A program made the position numbers and the translations under genes. The notes beneath the pieces were generated by a model. It had not been told where the DNA came from and did no database searches. It saw only the letters and a program-made list of their open reading frames with translations. Positions 42,328-53,445 of a stretch of 64,000 nucleotides of DNA are shown here, in pieces. The stretch is from Candidatus Hodarchaeum mangrovi (GTDB lineage Archaea; Asgardarchaeota; Heimdallarchaeia; Hodarchaeales; Hodarchaeaceae): positions 1-64,000 of the forward strand of contig JAEOUE010000207.1 of the NCBI GenBank assembly GCA_016839515.1. The letters are read 5' to 3'. The stretch's first letter is position 1, and each line of letters starts with the position of its first letter.

Positions 42328-45300
42328 ATGATTCAATTTTTAATCCCCAAAAAAAACTCGCGAATTTTTTCACTCTTGATAATGGTTTTGACATTCTCAA
42401 TTATTTTTACTCATCACGAACCATTGAATTTTTTAAATTCACCTGATATATCGTTGGAATTTCCTTTCGACCAACAATTTGAGAATGAAAACACCTTAAT
42501 TTCGTCTGCTCACGAAATTAATTCTCAATTATCCTCATTTGATGAAAATTCATCTATTAAATATAATATAGAGAAGATGGAAGAGAGTATAGTTGATGCA
42601 TCACAAACATTAAACTTTTTTACACCTAATGAATCTCAATTTCATTTTCAATCAAATATTAGAAATATTTCTTTTGAGATAAATTCCTATCCAAATTTAA
42701 CTGGTTCACATTGGGCAAACAGCCCTAATATTGGTGATGGTGATGTAAATATTACCAAATTTACTTCTTCTGAGGAGTCATTCTACCGTCTAAATTTTTC
42801 TGACACAGGAGAATCCATTATTTATGGTACGGTCAACGAATTATTCAATTCTATATCAATTCCATCAATTTTTAATCATTCAACAATTGTTCAATTCTCT
42901 TTTAGAATACCTTATCTATCATCGGAATTAACAAACTCATTACATAGACTAGAATTGGAATTAAATTTCATTAACCGTTCTCTTATATTTGTACTTTCAA
43001 ATTATGGTTGGAATTATGGAGCTGAAGTAGAAGAAAATATAGTAAAAGGAACAAATGCTCTTTATATAATGTGTAATCAATCAGAATCTATAGAATGGTA
43101 TCACTTTTCTATCAACATTACAAGATTAATTCAGACATATTTTAATCCTGAAGAATTCAGTTTATTCTCACATATTGAATCCTTATATTGTAATATGCTT
43201 TCTATGGTTCCAAGGTATGAATTATTATTAGATTTCAAACAAATTATTTTTAATACACAATTAGAACCATTATTTCCATTAAATTATACAATTGGGAGCT
43301 ATGAAACATTTTGTTTTGATGGAACTTTATTTTATAATACAACGATTGGAAACGTCTCCATTTCAATTGAAGAACAATCTTCATGGGAAAAAAATCTACG
43401 AACGATTTTAAATATTAAAGTTAAGAGAATTTTCATTTATAATTCTATCATAGAATTATCTAATTGGAATTCAACCCATTTAGAACTTTTAATGAAGATA
43501 GAGAATCAAATTCTTCTCAGTAATTATCAAAGTTTTTTTGTAATTATAATACCTTCTGATTGGAATAATCTAATTTTAAATGTCAACTCCTCATCATTCA
43601 AGAGAATGAGAAATTACTCTTCTTTGAATACTTATTTAACGTTAGATTTAGTGAGATTTAATATTACTGGTTTTAATCCAACCTTATTCTCTGCAATTTC
43701 CCCAAATTATCTAGAGAATATCTCTGTTCAAACCGAAATCATACACGGAGAAGTATTTAAAGTGAGGGGAGAACTTAAATATCCTTTGCAAGGAAATATT
43801 AATTTATTTCTTGAGACTAATCAATTTATTTATTATCAAAGCACATTAGTGATGATTAATTGTACATTTATCTTTCCAGAAATTATAATTTCTGATCAAT
43901 TTCCTACTGGTCTTGTAAATCTAACTTTAAATTGGACCAATACTTTTGAATATGGTTTTTTCAATCAGATAATTTTGGTTCATGATTTTCCAAATCCTGA
44001 ATCAGATTATATTTCCCTTGACTCTTCTCATGCTTTAATAATTAACCAGTTTAATCAATTTATATTAAATGTCTCTTTATTCAGAGATGAAATTCCTTTT
44101 ATATCAAATAAAACTCAAGTTTTTTTGTTAAAAGAAACTGAGAGCTATTTTTTCTTTAAAATAATCGATAATAACTATAAACTCCATATAGAACATATAA
44201 CATGGGAACCAGGTCTCTATCAACTTGATATTTATGCTATAGAAGTTTCTGGGTTTTTTACCCAGCATTCTATAAATATCACAGTAATAGAGTCAGAAAT
44301 TCTCTGGAATTTTGAATATTTAAATCCTATCTATCAAATTTCCAGTAATTTAACTTTTTTACTATATACATATTTTTTTCCAAGGGGAAGCGAATCCTAT
44401 TACCCAATTAATGACTTTAAAATTGAACTATGGATTGATGAAACTCTTTTGGGCATTTATTTTTCAGATCAATTTGGACTAATACTTGTGAATGTTTATC
44501 CTGTTATTCAAAGTAATATATCTGAATTTAATCTTTTTATAATTGGATCACTCAATGGAAAAATAGAGAAAATTGACTCCTTATCCTTTATTGTCCAAAA
44601 TACGAGCATTATTGAGGGTTTTTCTCAAGTTGTCGTTAAAGAAGTTTCAAGAACTCCCATCGAACCAAATAAATCTTTTTTTGTACATTACGAAGTTGAA
44701 TATTTAACTGATGCTTCAAATTGGTATTATTTTATAGGAACTCAAAGTAATAACGTTCTTTCATCTTTTATTATCAGAGATTCATTTGTAATAAATACAG
44801 AAATTGTCAATCAAAGCATTATTTGGAACCAACAAGCAAATCCAACTTTTAAAGATTTTTTAATAATTGAGTATCCTGGTCCTAGAATTTATACTACAAT
44901 TGAATTAGATAAACCCATTTTTAAATTTAAAATTGATATCAAATCAAATATATCCATTAGTAATTTTTCAATAAGTTTAAATCTTCAATTCCTTGAATTT
45001 CCCTTCTCAAATTTGTCACTTTTGGATTCGCTTTCTCGAGATGTTACTAGTTCATTCCCATTGGAAATTGATGGCCCCATTATCTTTATTAGATCCCTAA
45101 ATATACTTGAAGGTAAATCAATAATTCTTACTCTTTTAGGTCAATATGAAACTCCCGAAATTATAAATTTCTATCCATTTTTAGAAAATTATTCCTATAA
45201 TGAGAGTATGATAGGAGGGTGGAAATTCAATTGTTATTCAAATTTTACATATAAGATATATTATGTCATAGATGCAATTAAACGAGAGAATATAAATTCT

Positions 45301-45843
45301 ACTCATTCTAAATTCGAAAATGGAACTGTTATTATCATAACAACATTACCTCGACTTTCTTGGAATAATACAGTATATGTTTATCTTTGTCTTTATTTTT
45401 CTGATTATTTTATAATACAAAGTATAGAACAAAAAATTGTTATTAATGACCCTTATCCTCCAGAGCTTACAGTGTCTTTTGAATCTTCTGAAACAGATGT
45501 TATTATTCATAGTTTTATTTTTGAACCTGAAAGAGCTTCAGGAATCAGAAATATAATTTTTAACACTGAAAAACGATTGATTGAAAATATCTCAAAACCT
45601 GATTACTATTTACAATTCATATTTCCAAGATCAGACCTTAAAACAGAACAATATCAAATAGTTGTTTTTGATTTTGCTAATAATAATATTTCGCTAAAAT
45701 TTGATTTAACAAGGTTTTTTTTAGAAAATTTACCTGGATTTTTTGAAAATCCTGTTTTTTTCTCAATATTTTGCTCTTTAATATTTTCAACTGGAATTGT
45801 GCTATTGAGGATATACCGAAAGCATAAAACTACAATTTTATGA
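42328..45843 (+). CDS. Large cell-surface glycoprotein (signal peptide, beta-rich, C-terminal TM anchor)
   Basis: 1171 aa, many NxS/T sequons, DPYPP..ERASGI Ig-like end, TM plus RKHK. Confidence 0.7.
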   Translation: MIQFLIPKKNSRIFSLLIMVLTFSIIFTHHEPLNFLNSPDISLEFPFDQQFENENTLISSAHEINSQLSSFDENSSIKYNIEKMEESIVDASQTLNFFTPNESQFHFQSNIRNISFEINSYPNLTGSHWANSPNIGDGDVNITKFTSSEESFYRLNFSDTGESIIYGTVNELFNSISIPSIFNHSTIVQFSFRIPYLSSELTNSLHRLELELNFINRSLIFVLSNYGWNYGAEVEENIVKGTNALYIMCNQSESIEWYHFSINITRLIQTYFNPEEFSLFSHIESLYCNMLSMVPRYELLLDFKQIIFNTQLEPLFPLNYTIGSYETFCFDGTLFYNTTIGNVSISIEEQSSWEKNLRTILNIKVKRIFIYNSIIELSNWNSTHLELLMKIENQILLSNYQSFFVIIIPSDWNNLILNVNSSSFKRMRNYSSLNTYLTLDLVRFNITGFNPTLFSAISPNYLENISVQTEIIHGEVFKVRGELKYPLQGNINLFLETNQFIYYQSTLVMINCTFIFPEIIISDQFPTGLVNLTLNWTNTFEYGFFNQIILVHDFPNPESDYISLDSSHALIINQFNQFILNVSLFRDEIPFISNKTQVFLLKETESYFFFKIIDNNYKLHIEHITWEPGLYQLDIYAIEVSGFFTQHSINITVIESEILWNFEYLNPIYQISSNLTFLLYTYFFPRGSESYYPINDFKIELWIDETLLGIYFSDQFGLILVNVYPVIQSNISEFNLFIIGSLNGKIEKIDSLSFIVQNTSIIEGFSQVVVKEVSRTPIEPNKSFFVHYEVEYLTDASNWYYFIGTQSNNVLSSFIIRDSFVINTEIVNQSIIWNQQANPTFKDFLIIEYPGPRIYTTIELDKPIFKFKIDIKSNISISNFSISLNLQFLEFPFSNLSLLDSLSRDVTSSFPLEIDGPIIFIRSLNILEGKSIILTLLGQYETPEIINFYPFLENYSYNESMIGGWKFNCYSNFTYKIYYVIDAIKRENINSTHSKFENGTVIIITTLPRLSWNNTVYVYLCLYFSDYFIIQSIEQKIVINDPYPPELTVSFESSETDVIIHSFIFEPERASGIRNIIFNTEKRLIENISKPDYYLQFIFPRSDLKTEQYQIVVFDFANNNISLKFDLTRFFLENLPGFFENPVFFSIFCSLIFSTGIVLLRIYRKHKTTIL

Positions 45844-45854
45844 GATGAAATATT

Positions 45855-47252
45855 GTGAATAAGAGAATTCTATTCCCAATTCTAGTAACTAATTTTTTCT
45901 TATTATTTTTTATTATTTACACTATAAATTTTTTTGATATTGCCAGTTATTTATCATTATCTCCTTTAATAATAATTCTTTTTCGAGAAATGTTATGGAT
46001 TAAAAAAACAAATCTTAAGAAGTTTAAAATAGTGTTAACTGATCGTAATTTTGCTTTTATTCAAAATCATAGTATATGGATGTGCATATTTGAAGCACAG
46101 ATTAATGAAAATATTAAACTAGATAAATTACAACATTTAACATTTCTTAAGACCTTTTCAATAGAAATCAATAAAAACGAATCCATAATATATATTAGGA
46201 TATTTACTACCTCATTGGAAGAAATAAACCTTTTAGTGAATAAATGTTATCCCATTTTAGAAGTAATCTTTCCTGATATACAATTATTAGAGTTAAACAC
46301 CTTGATAGAAAAAATTAATGAGTATAAGATATTAACATTCAGAAATAAAAGCTTTCTTTATTCAAAAACTCATTTTATCTTTCCCTTAATTCCAGAAAAG
46401 GAAATTGAAATAAAGGAATATTCTTCAATGATATTGACTTACAATAAAGATAGTAAATCAAATAAATTACTTGGAAATATTTATTATATCAAACTATTTG
46501 ATAAAAAAACCCCTTTCTTATTTTTAAAAGAAATTTTTCTTACCTATGGAACCCCAAGTTATCTAAAGTTTATTAAGAAAGATTTTGTGAGGATAAGACT
46601 AAAATCGCCTTTAAAAGACTATTCTGAGCTACCATTTGAGAAAACAATTGATAAAATTTCTTTGTTCTTACAGAAGGAAAACATTAATTCTTTCATAAGT
46701 GAGGAGAAAATTAAATCAAGAATTCAGTGTCAGGGGACAAGTAAATTCACTAGTATCCCTCCATCTAATGATAGTTTCATGAGGGGAAAGAAATCAAAAT
46801 TATTTAATACAATCTACGATCAATTTCTAAATCTTCCAAATTTAAATCAAATATGTTTTGAATTATGTAGTATTTTCGACGATTCCTTTCTTGCAGAGGA
46901 TGAAAAACGAGTGAAATGTGACCGAAAATCAAAATTTTGCTTGAAATTGCTGAAAAATGAAAACTTCAAGCTTATCATTGAAAATATCACAAAACAAAAA
47001 AATGCAGCTGAACTCGAATATCTTTTAGGAGAATTAGCACAGCATATTTCTACTCAACAGCTGGTCTGTGTTATGGCCCATCTTTCTCAAGAATCTAGTA
47101 AAAATTTGTTACATAATGATTTGTTACCAATTCTTTACTTTCTCATAAAACTCTTTATTGAAACTCAATTGAAACTAGGAAAAGATGAAACTATTAGTTT
47201 AATTCCTTTGAAAAGAGATTTAAATAGGAATAAAATCTTGGGAGATATTTAG
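45855..47252 (+). CDS. Hypothetical protein with N-terminal 2 TM
   Basis: 465-aa ORF starting 11 nt after the surface-protein gene. Confidence 0.6.
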   Translation: MNKRILFPILVTNFFLLFFIIYTINFFDIASYLSLSPLIIILFREMLWIKKTNLKKFKIVLTDRNFAFIQNHSIWMCIFEAQINENIKLDKLQHLTFLKTFSIEINKNESIIYIRIFTTSLEEINLLVNKCYPILEVIFPDIQLLELNTLIEKINEYKILTFRNKSFLYSKTHFIFPLIPEKEIEIKEYSSMILTYNKDSKSNKLLGNIYYIKLFDKKTPFLFLKEIFLTYGTPSYLKFIKKDFVRIRLKSPLKDYSELPFEKTIDKISLFLQKENINSFISEEKIKSRIQCQGTSKFTSIPPSNDSFMRGKKSKLFNTIYDQFLNLPNLNQICFELCSIFDDSFLAEDEKRVKCDRKSKFCLKLLKNENFKLIIENITKQKNAAELEYLLGELAQHISTQQLVCVMAHLSQESSKNLLHNDLLPILYFLIKLFIETQLKLGKDETISLIPLKRDLNRNKILGDI

Positions 47253-47275
47253 AATGCTAAAATGTATATATAATA

Positions 47276-47377
47276 TGGGCCCACCCGGATTTGAACCGGG
47301 GATCTTTACCTTGCCATCTAAAAAAATGGCATCTCGGTTATCAGCCGAGCGCTTTAACCAGGCTAAGCCATGGGCCC
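47276..47377 (-). tRNA. tRNA-Ile(GAT) with ~27-nt intron in variable region
   Basis: CTCGG-CT GAT AA-CCGAG, then insertion containing a TGCCAT/ATGGCA hairpin, then AGATC-CCCGGTTCAAATCCGGG-TGGGCCCA. Confidence 0.9.
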
Positions 47378-47438
47378 TTCTTAACTTTCAATTGAGGGCA
47401 TAATCAGTCCTTCTGTTTATATAAATAAACCTTATGGA

Positions 47439-47840
47439 TTAACGGTAGCTTTTTGTATATTTTGCTCTTGCTCCAGGTCCACCAAATTGTTTAGGTTCAC
47501 GCCGCCTAGGATCACCAACTATCATATGTCTATCATAATCAAAATATTTGGCTCGAAGTTGATCAGAATTAGTCCATGCAAGTAGGGCTCTAGCTGTTGC
47601 AGTTCTAGCAGCATCAGCTTGTCCCATAAAACCACCGCCTTTCACTTTAACCTTGATATCGATACTTTTTCTTAATTTTTGGTCGATAAAGTGTAAAGGT
47701 TCCATTAATTTCATTTTTACAATATCAGGTTCAAGAATCTCTAAGGGCGTACCGTTTACTAATACACGACCAGAACCATTCCTTATAATTGCACGAGCAA
47801 TTGCAGTCCTTCTTTTCCCACTTCTTAATATACTTTTCAT
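47439..47840 (-). CDS. rps9: 30S ribosomal protein S9 (uS9)
   Basis: GKRRTAIARA..GGPGARAKYTKSYR. Confidence 0.97.
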   Translation of the reverse strand: MKSILRSGKRRTAIARAIIRNGSGRVLVNGTPLEILEPDIVKMKLMEPLHFIDQKLRKSIDIKVKVKGGGFMGQADAARTATARALLAWTNSDQLRAKYFDYDRHMIVGDPRRREPKQFGGPGARAKYTKSYR

Positions 47841-47850
47841 AATTCTTCCC

Positions 47851-48288
47851 TCAGATTTTTGCATTTAATTCCTCTAATGTTATATAAGCTGATTTTTTAC
47901 TCAGTTCCTTCGTATTTTGGAGGACTTCTACTTTTTTTTCTTTGAAAATCTCAGGAGAATTCTTAAAGACAATTAATCTCTTATAGGCCTCTTTACCCTG
48001 ACCTTTCTTATAGGGAAGCATACCACGTACTGTTCTTTTGAAAATCTGGTCTGTTTCCCTAGGATAAAAAGGACCTCTTAAAGGATTTGATTTTGTTTTA
48101 ATTTTATACCTTTGAAAATATTTCAAACCAATATTATCAGGATTACCAGATATCATTACCTTATTCGCATTAATTATTATAATTTCTTCACCCTTCAATA
48201 AACGTTTAGCCACATTACTAGCTAAACGCCCTAATATCGAATATTCAGCATTAATTATTGTTGCATTTTCAGAAATAAAATCGTCCAT
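47851..48288 (-). CDS. rpl13: 50S ribosomal protein L13 (uL13)
   Basis: ILGRLASNVAK..KRTVRGMLP. Confidence 0.97.
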   Translation of the reverse strand: MDDFISENATIINAEYSILGRLASNVAKRLLKGEEIIIINANKVMISGNPDNIGLKYFQRYKIKTKSNPLRGPFYPRETDQIFKRTVRGMLPYKKGQGKEAYKRLIVFKNSPEIFKEKKVEVLQNTKELSKKSAYITLEELNAKI

Positions 48289-48307
48289 TTTATCACCACA
48301 TTTCCTT

Positions 48308-48682
48308 CTACTTTATTATTCGTATATTTGATCCTTTAGGGTATTTAGTTAGTAACTCTCGTATTGAAAACATTTGGCTTCCTGAATTATTAAGCTTAGC
48401 ACGTGCTTTCTCTGAAAAAGATTCAGCTGCTATCTCAATTTTATGATTGAATTCACCAGAACCCAGAACTTTCCCAGGAATTAAAAGAATATCACCAGAC
48501 GAAGAAATACGATTTAAATGGGATAAATTAACTGTAGGTTTTTTTCGATTAGGTTTAGATAATTCAGAAGCTAATCTAGACCATATCATAACATTTTGAC
48601 TTATAGATATAGCTTTTAGCTCTTCAATCAAGGATACCATGTTTGGATTAGTTCTTCCTTTTATTGTCACTCTATTTCCCAC
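48308..48682 (-). CDS. rpl18e: 50S ribosomal protein L18e
   Basis: TVNLSHLNR..PGKVLGSG. Confidence 0.96.
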   Translation of the reverse strand: MGNRVTIKGRTNPNMVSLIEELKAISISQNVMIWSRLASELSKPNRKKPTVNLSHLNRISSSGDILLIPGKVLGSGEFNHKIEIAAESFSEKARAKLNNSGSQMFSIRELLTKYPKGSNIRIIK

Positions 48683-48683
48683 A

Positions 48684-49484
48684 TTAAAATTCGTCTACGT
48701 GTTTCTTAAATGTTTGAGTCTTTTCTTTTAATACTTTTAGAGATTCTAATAGAATTTCCTTTATTTTCAAAGAACCAGTGCTTTCAATTAAAAATACAAA
48801 ATCCTTTCCAGTTGTAGAGACATTAACAGCATCTAATTCACAGATATCAACACATTGATTGCACAAACTACAATTAATCACATTAATTGCTTTAATTTTA
48901 TCATCCTCGATTTTAATAATATCACGAGGGCAGACTTGAACACAATCCCCGCAATAAGTGCAATTATCTAAATTAAATTCAACCACAGGAAAATATTTAT
49001 AAGAAACTGTTGATACAGGTTGCCATTTGGCGTGATCCATTCCTCTACCTAATCGAGCAATAGCTTCTAGGAAGATTTTTTGATTCTTAGCAAGTTTAAG
49101 GAGAGGTATTGTAGAATATACTGGAGTAACTTTAGGATCTTGAGAAAGTAGATCACTAGAAAAAACAACTTCAACCTCTTGAGTTCCAGTTTTTTCCAAA
49201 GTTAAAGAGACTTCACATGATGTACAACCTTGACCATTACAGGAACAGACATCTGATCTTACATAGCTGTTAAGATCAGTTTTTAAGGGTATTAATCCTA
49301 GTCGATGAGCGATTATCTCGTCGTAAAGCGGTGTAGTATTCTCAATAATGATTACTTCATCAATAGCCATCGTAGGTACTTCGCTCATTATCATTCTTCG
49401 TAATGAATTAGCGAAAGTTGGAGTTACATCGGAGAGAATGAACTTAATATAGTTCTCCCGTTGTTCAATTATCTCAAGTTCCAA
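48684..49484 (-). CDS. rpoD: RNA polymerase subunit D (Rpo3) with ferredoxin-like insert
   Basis: ANSLRRMIMSEVPTMAID, HRLGLIPL, HAKWQP; CTYCGDC..CP and CSLCNQC..C. Confidence 0.97.
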   Translation of the reverse strand: MELEIIEQRENYIKFILSDVTPTFANSLRRMIMSEVPTMAIDEVIIIENTTPLYDEIIAHRLGLIPLKTDLNSYVRSDVCSCNGQGCTSCEVSLTLEKTGTQEVEVVFSSDLLSQDPKVTPVYSTIPLLKLAKNQKIFLEAIARLGRGMDHAKWQPVSTVSYKYFPVVEFNLDNCTYCGDCVQVCPRDIIKIEDDKIKAINVINCSLCNQCVDICELDAVNVSTTGKDFVFLIESTGSLKIKEILLESLKVLKEKTQTFKKHVDEF

Positions 49485-49908
49485 GTATACACTTCCGCTT
49501 TAACAAGGATTTATTTTTTCTTTAATATTATGTAAATTTCAATCGAAATAAAGGTCTTCAGAGCTTTATTTTTTTGTTGATAAATTACATAGAGTTTTTT
49601 TTACCGATTTGGCAACATCTGCCTTAGCTTTAAATGTTTTTTTCTGAAAATGGTTTCTATTCCTAAGAAAAGTCGAATATTCAACCTAGAATATTTTGAT
49701 CTTAGAATTAAAAGAGAAAAATACTCCTGAACTTATATTTACAATTTAAAAAGGATTATTTCAAATCTATATTACCATTTATTCTCATCATTTAAATTAT
49801 TTTTAGGATATTAACCTTAAATTATTAAGATATATTTCTCTAATCAATAATTAGGGATTTAATAAGAAAATTTTATCAGATAATTTAAAAAATAGGATTG
49901 TTCTGAAA

Positions 49909-50187
49909 ATGATTTTAAAAATCCTAGGTCAATGGGATGAATATATCCATGGCTGGCAATTATTGATTGAATCTGGTGATCAACTATTTTGGACTTCTCT
50001 CGTTCTAGTCGCTTGGATAGTTAGAGCAATTTCATTAACGATGATACTTTTACAATTAGGTGACAAACTTATTAGAAATAAGAAGGATTTCGAATTTAAC
50101 TTGTTAATTACAGGAGTAATATTTCTCTTAGTAACTGTACCATTTTTTTTAGCAGGATTACCTTTAGTTTATCCGTTTTTACCATAA
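49909..50187 (+). CDS. Small 2-TM membrane protein (pilin-like?)
   Basis: 92 aa, two hydrophobic helices separated by a basic loop. Confidence 0.5.
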   Translation: MILKILGQWDEYIHGWQLLIESGDQLFWTSLVLVAWIVRAISLTMILLQLGDKLIRNKKDFEFNLLITGVIFLLVTVPFFLAGLPLVYPFLP

Positions 50188-50188
50188 T

Positions 50189-51058
50189 TTAGTTTTCAGG
50201 AAAGTTTTTCCTGATATCATTATAAATCAACAATATTTCTTCTCGATCAAGATTGATAGGCTGAGACTCCATATTTTCTAGCTCGTCTAACCTCGAATAG
50301 TAATTTTTCCATTTAAACGAATATTTTTCCTTAAAATATGGTTTAAGATTGTTTTTTACCTTTTTATGCTTTCGACAAAATAGATGATTGAGAAAGTTAA
50401 TATAATCAGCAGTTTTTACAACATCAGGTGGACTTAGACAGTCTCCTCTTATTATGCTTGAATACACCTTTGGAGATGGATAAAAAGAATGGGGAGAGAT
50501 ATCTTCAATTATAGTTCTGAATTTGAAGAAATATGAGGGGTAGACTGAAATTTTACTATAATTAGAAGTTGCAGGGGCTGCACAAAGGTGTTTTGCGAAT
50601 TCTCTCTGCAAAGTAACTACTATTAATTCAGGGGACTGTTTAAGCACGCTAATTCTATGAAAAAAGGGAGATGATATATTATATGGTAAATTTGAAACAA
50701 TTTTATGATGAAAAGGGAGCTCAGTCTTTAAAAAATCCTCGGAGATGATATCCAGTTTCTTATCGAATTCTATAAACTCTTTCCGAACGAGTGAAGCTAA
50801 TAACGGATCAATTTCATAAGAATATACTTTCTTACAATTTTTCAGTAAAAAATATGTCAAAATTCCAATCCCTGTTCCTATTTCTATTATAATATCATCT
50901 GATTTTAATTCAGAATTTAATATAAGAAGATCAATTAGTCCTTTATCGATCATAAAATGCTGACCAATAGATCTACGTATTCTAAGGGCATATTTATCTG
51001 AAATCTCTCTAACAAACTGTCTTAAATCCCCAGATTCTAATAAATTTAATACCTTCAA
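50189..51058 (-). CDS. rsmA: 16S rRNA dimethyladenosine transferase KsgA/Dim1
   Basis: GQHFMID, IEIGTGIG, VSNLPYNISS, FYPSPKVYS. Confidence 0.95.
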   Translation of the reverse strand: MKVLNLLESGDLRQFVREISDKYALRIRRSIGQHFMIDKGLIDLLILNSELKSDDIIIEIGTGIGILTYFLLKNCKKVYSYEIDPLLASLVRKEFIEFDKKLDIISEDFLKTELPFHHKIVSNLPYNISSPFFHRISVLKQSPELIVVTLQREFAKHLCAAPATSNYSKISVYPSYFFKFRTIIEDISPHSFYPSPKVYSSIIRGDCLSPPDVVKTADYINFLNHLFCRKHKKVKNNLKPYFKEKYSFKWKNYYSRLDELENMESQPINLDREEILLIYNDIRKNFPEN

Positions 51059-51672
51059 ACTTCATCAAGAGTTTTTCTTTTTTTAACAAATAGAAAATAT
51101 TTTGGAGATCCATCTAATTCAGAGAGAATTCGATTGGCAAATAAGGAAATAGGATCAGATATTCCCGTACGAATCGAGAAATCTTCAAATGATTCAAAAG
51201 GTGCTTTTTTACGGGTGTCTAATATTGCCCACAATCTTTTATTCCCAATCCCTGGAAGCAACTGTAACTGATGCATTTGAGTTGTGAGGGGATGAGCTTG
51301 ATTCAAGAATTGAATAAATCGTTTCTCAGAGTTCTTAATGATTTCTGTAATAACTTGAGTTAGAATTGAACTAGCTGAATTAGAGATTTGATTTAGAGAT
51401 GTTTGATTTACCTTAATTATTCGTTTATTTTTAGGTGAAATCATTATTGCATCATTTACTTTTAGGCCTGTTCCTGCAGTCATTGTTACATCGAAAAATT
51501 CGAACCATTGTGACGTTATAACTACAGCTAAGGGATTAAAATCCTCAGAACGCCTCCGACTCAATGATTTTCCTTGAGGATAAAAGTCAATAACGATAGC
51601 AGTACCTAAATCTTCAAATCTAGGTTTTAAGTCTCTATTTTCCCGTTTAGGTTTAATATCTCGTTGTTTCAT
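51055..51672 (-). CDS. DUF655 putative RNA-binding protein
   Basis: FIQFLNQAHPLTTQMHQLQLLPGIG; conserved neighbour of ksgA. Confidence 0.9.
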   Translation of the reverse strand: MKQRDIKPKRENRDLKPRFEDLGTAIVIDFYPQGKSLSRRRSEDFNPLAVVITSQWFEFFDVTMTAGTGLKVNDAIMISPKNKRIIKVNQTSLNQISNSASSILTQVITEIIKNSEKRFIQFLNQAHPLTTQMHQLQLLPGIGNKRLWAILDTRKKAPFESFEDFSIRTGISDPISLFANRILSELDGSPKYFLFVKKRKTLDEV

Positions 51673-51901
51673 CCATCAATTTCCTCAATGGGTTATAAAG
51701 AAGTCATTTGGTTTCACTTTTAAAATCTTATAAGCTTTTTTTCTTTGACTTTTTTACTTTAACGATATCATTCTTATTTTAAAAGAAATTAATGTTTTCT
51801 TTGACTTTTTTTAAGCTTTTTAAAATTCTCATTTTCACATCAGTCTCTCATTCTGTATTTAATTTACATATAAGGTTCCTATCTTTTTCCTTGGTGATTA
51901 T

Positions 51902-52915
51902 GTGAATTTTAACTGTCTAGAGTGTGGTGGAAATTTAGTACAAACAGAGTCAGACTTAGTTTGTATAAATTGTGGGTTGGTGGCAAATAGTATTTTTGAA
52001 AATCCTGCAATTCAACTTATAAAAGCAGAAAAAAGTTATGGTAGTCAGTATGCTTCAATAAGTGAAAGGCCTGCAAATATTAAATCACTTGGAACATATG
52101 TGGGAACATATCGTAAGTCTTTCCTAGCTGATATCAAAGGATCTCCATTAAAGATATCTGCAAAAAGACAGTTTCGTAGATTAAAATCATTAAACGATAT
52201 TTATCTTCATTTTAGCGGAAGACAAAGGGAATATCGGGGATACAATCTTCTTTCAACAATTTGTAGTGCTTTACAAATTACAGATGCAACTAAAGCAGAT
52301 GCGCTCTTTCTATTCCAAAGGATCCATCCACATCTTCAAAGAGAAATAAAATTATCAAGAATTGTTCTTGGATCTATTTATCTATCTTTAAGATCTAGAA
52401 AAGAGAACATTGAACTTTCACGATTGGTTTCCACTGCTCAAAGTCAAGGTTATGTTATTAGAGGAAAAGATATAATTAAAGCCGCTTCTCTAATTAGACA
52501 ACATGCTAGAATCCGAGTTTGTCATGTGAAATCAGAGGAATATCTAGATAATATTCTCTGTCGTCTCCAAAAAGATAACAAGATATTAACGAAACTGGAA
52601 AAAAAAGTAGTTGTAAGTAAGAATCAATATTTTCATTACCTCAAACTTACCTCAAAAAAGCTTCTATCTCGATTTCCTTCGTTTGACCGAGGAGGTAGAA
52701 ATCCGTTTATATTAGCTGCTGCTGTGATTATTGCTTCTGATATCTTACTAGCTCAAAAGAATGTATTCCCAAATTGTTATAAAAAAAGATCAAAACGAGG
52801 AATATTAACTCAAAAATATATTGCAAAGATACTTGATATCGCAGAATTTACTCTTAGAGAACATTTTTTACTTCTAATTAAACCACTAATTGAACAGGAG
52901 CTGTCAATAGGTTAA
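51902..52915 (+). CDS. Divergent transcription factor B (TFB/TFIIB) paralog
   Basis: CLECGG..LVCINCGLV zinc ribbon, two cyclin folds, GRNPFILAAAVI, TQKYIAKILDIAEFTLREH. Confidence 0.85.
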   Translation: MNFNCLECGGNLVQTESDLVCINCGLVANSIFENPAIQLIKAEKSYGSQYASISERPANIKSLGTYVGTYRKSFLADIKGSPLKISAKRQFRRLKSLNDIYLHFSGRQREYRGYNLLSTICSALQITDATKADALFLFQRIHPHLQREIKLSRIVLGSIYLSLRSRKENIELSRLVSTAQSQGYVIRGKDIIKAASLIRQHARIRVCHVKSEEYLDNILCRLQKDNKILTKLEKKVVVSKNQYFHYLKLTSKKLLSRFPSFDRGGRNPFILAAAVIIASDILLAQKNVFPNCYKKRSKRGILTQKYIAKILDIAEFTLREHFLLLIKPLIEQELSIG

Positions 52916-53445
52916 TAACTATTTGAATTTGAAAAGAGGATCTACTTAATCCCATTGAAGTAAAAATATAATAGATTAATTTTTCAGGAGTAAAACTTGT
53001 TTTAATTAATACTTTCCATACAAAAAAATTACAATAGCAAAGAAAGAAAAAAAATTCAATGCTTATTGAGGGAGTTCAAATGGGGTTAAATTAACCATAA
53101 TTTTAAGTAAATCTGTATTATTAAATCTGGTAATTTTAGTTTGAAATTTGCGTACACGCTATTTTCAGGGGATTACTTACTATATGAAGAAGGCAAAAGA
53201 ATTGACATTTCAGAAAAAATGATCTATTTCCCCTTTTAAAGCAAAAATCTTAATTTCTGATGATTTCCAGACAAAACACGTTGTTTCGGTTATTTATAAT
53301 CCATTTTTCATATAGAGCATGGAAACAAAAGTAAGATAAAGAGAGGATCGGGTCGCTCATATGTTGGATTAAATTTTAAATATCACTCGGTAATGAAATA
53401 TTTAATCCTAAAGTGTTAATACGAGTAATATTTTGGTGAATAATA

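Noticed and set aside
37600-47377. Intact integrated element at tRNA-Ile
   Set aside because: No integrase or relaxase and no duplicated tRNA 3' end seen near 37600-38100.
48684-49484. Ferredoxin-like domain in Rpo3 as a novelty
   Set aside because: Fe-S-containing Rpo3 is already established in many archaea.
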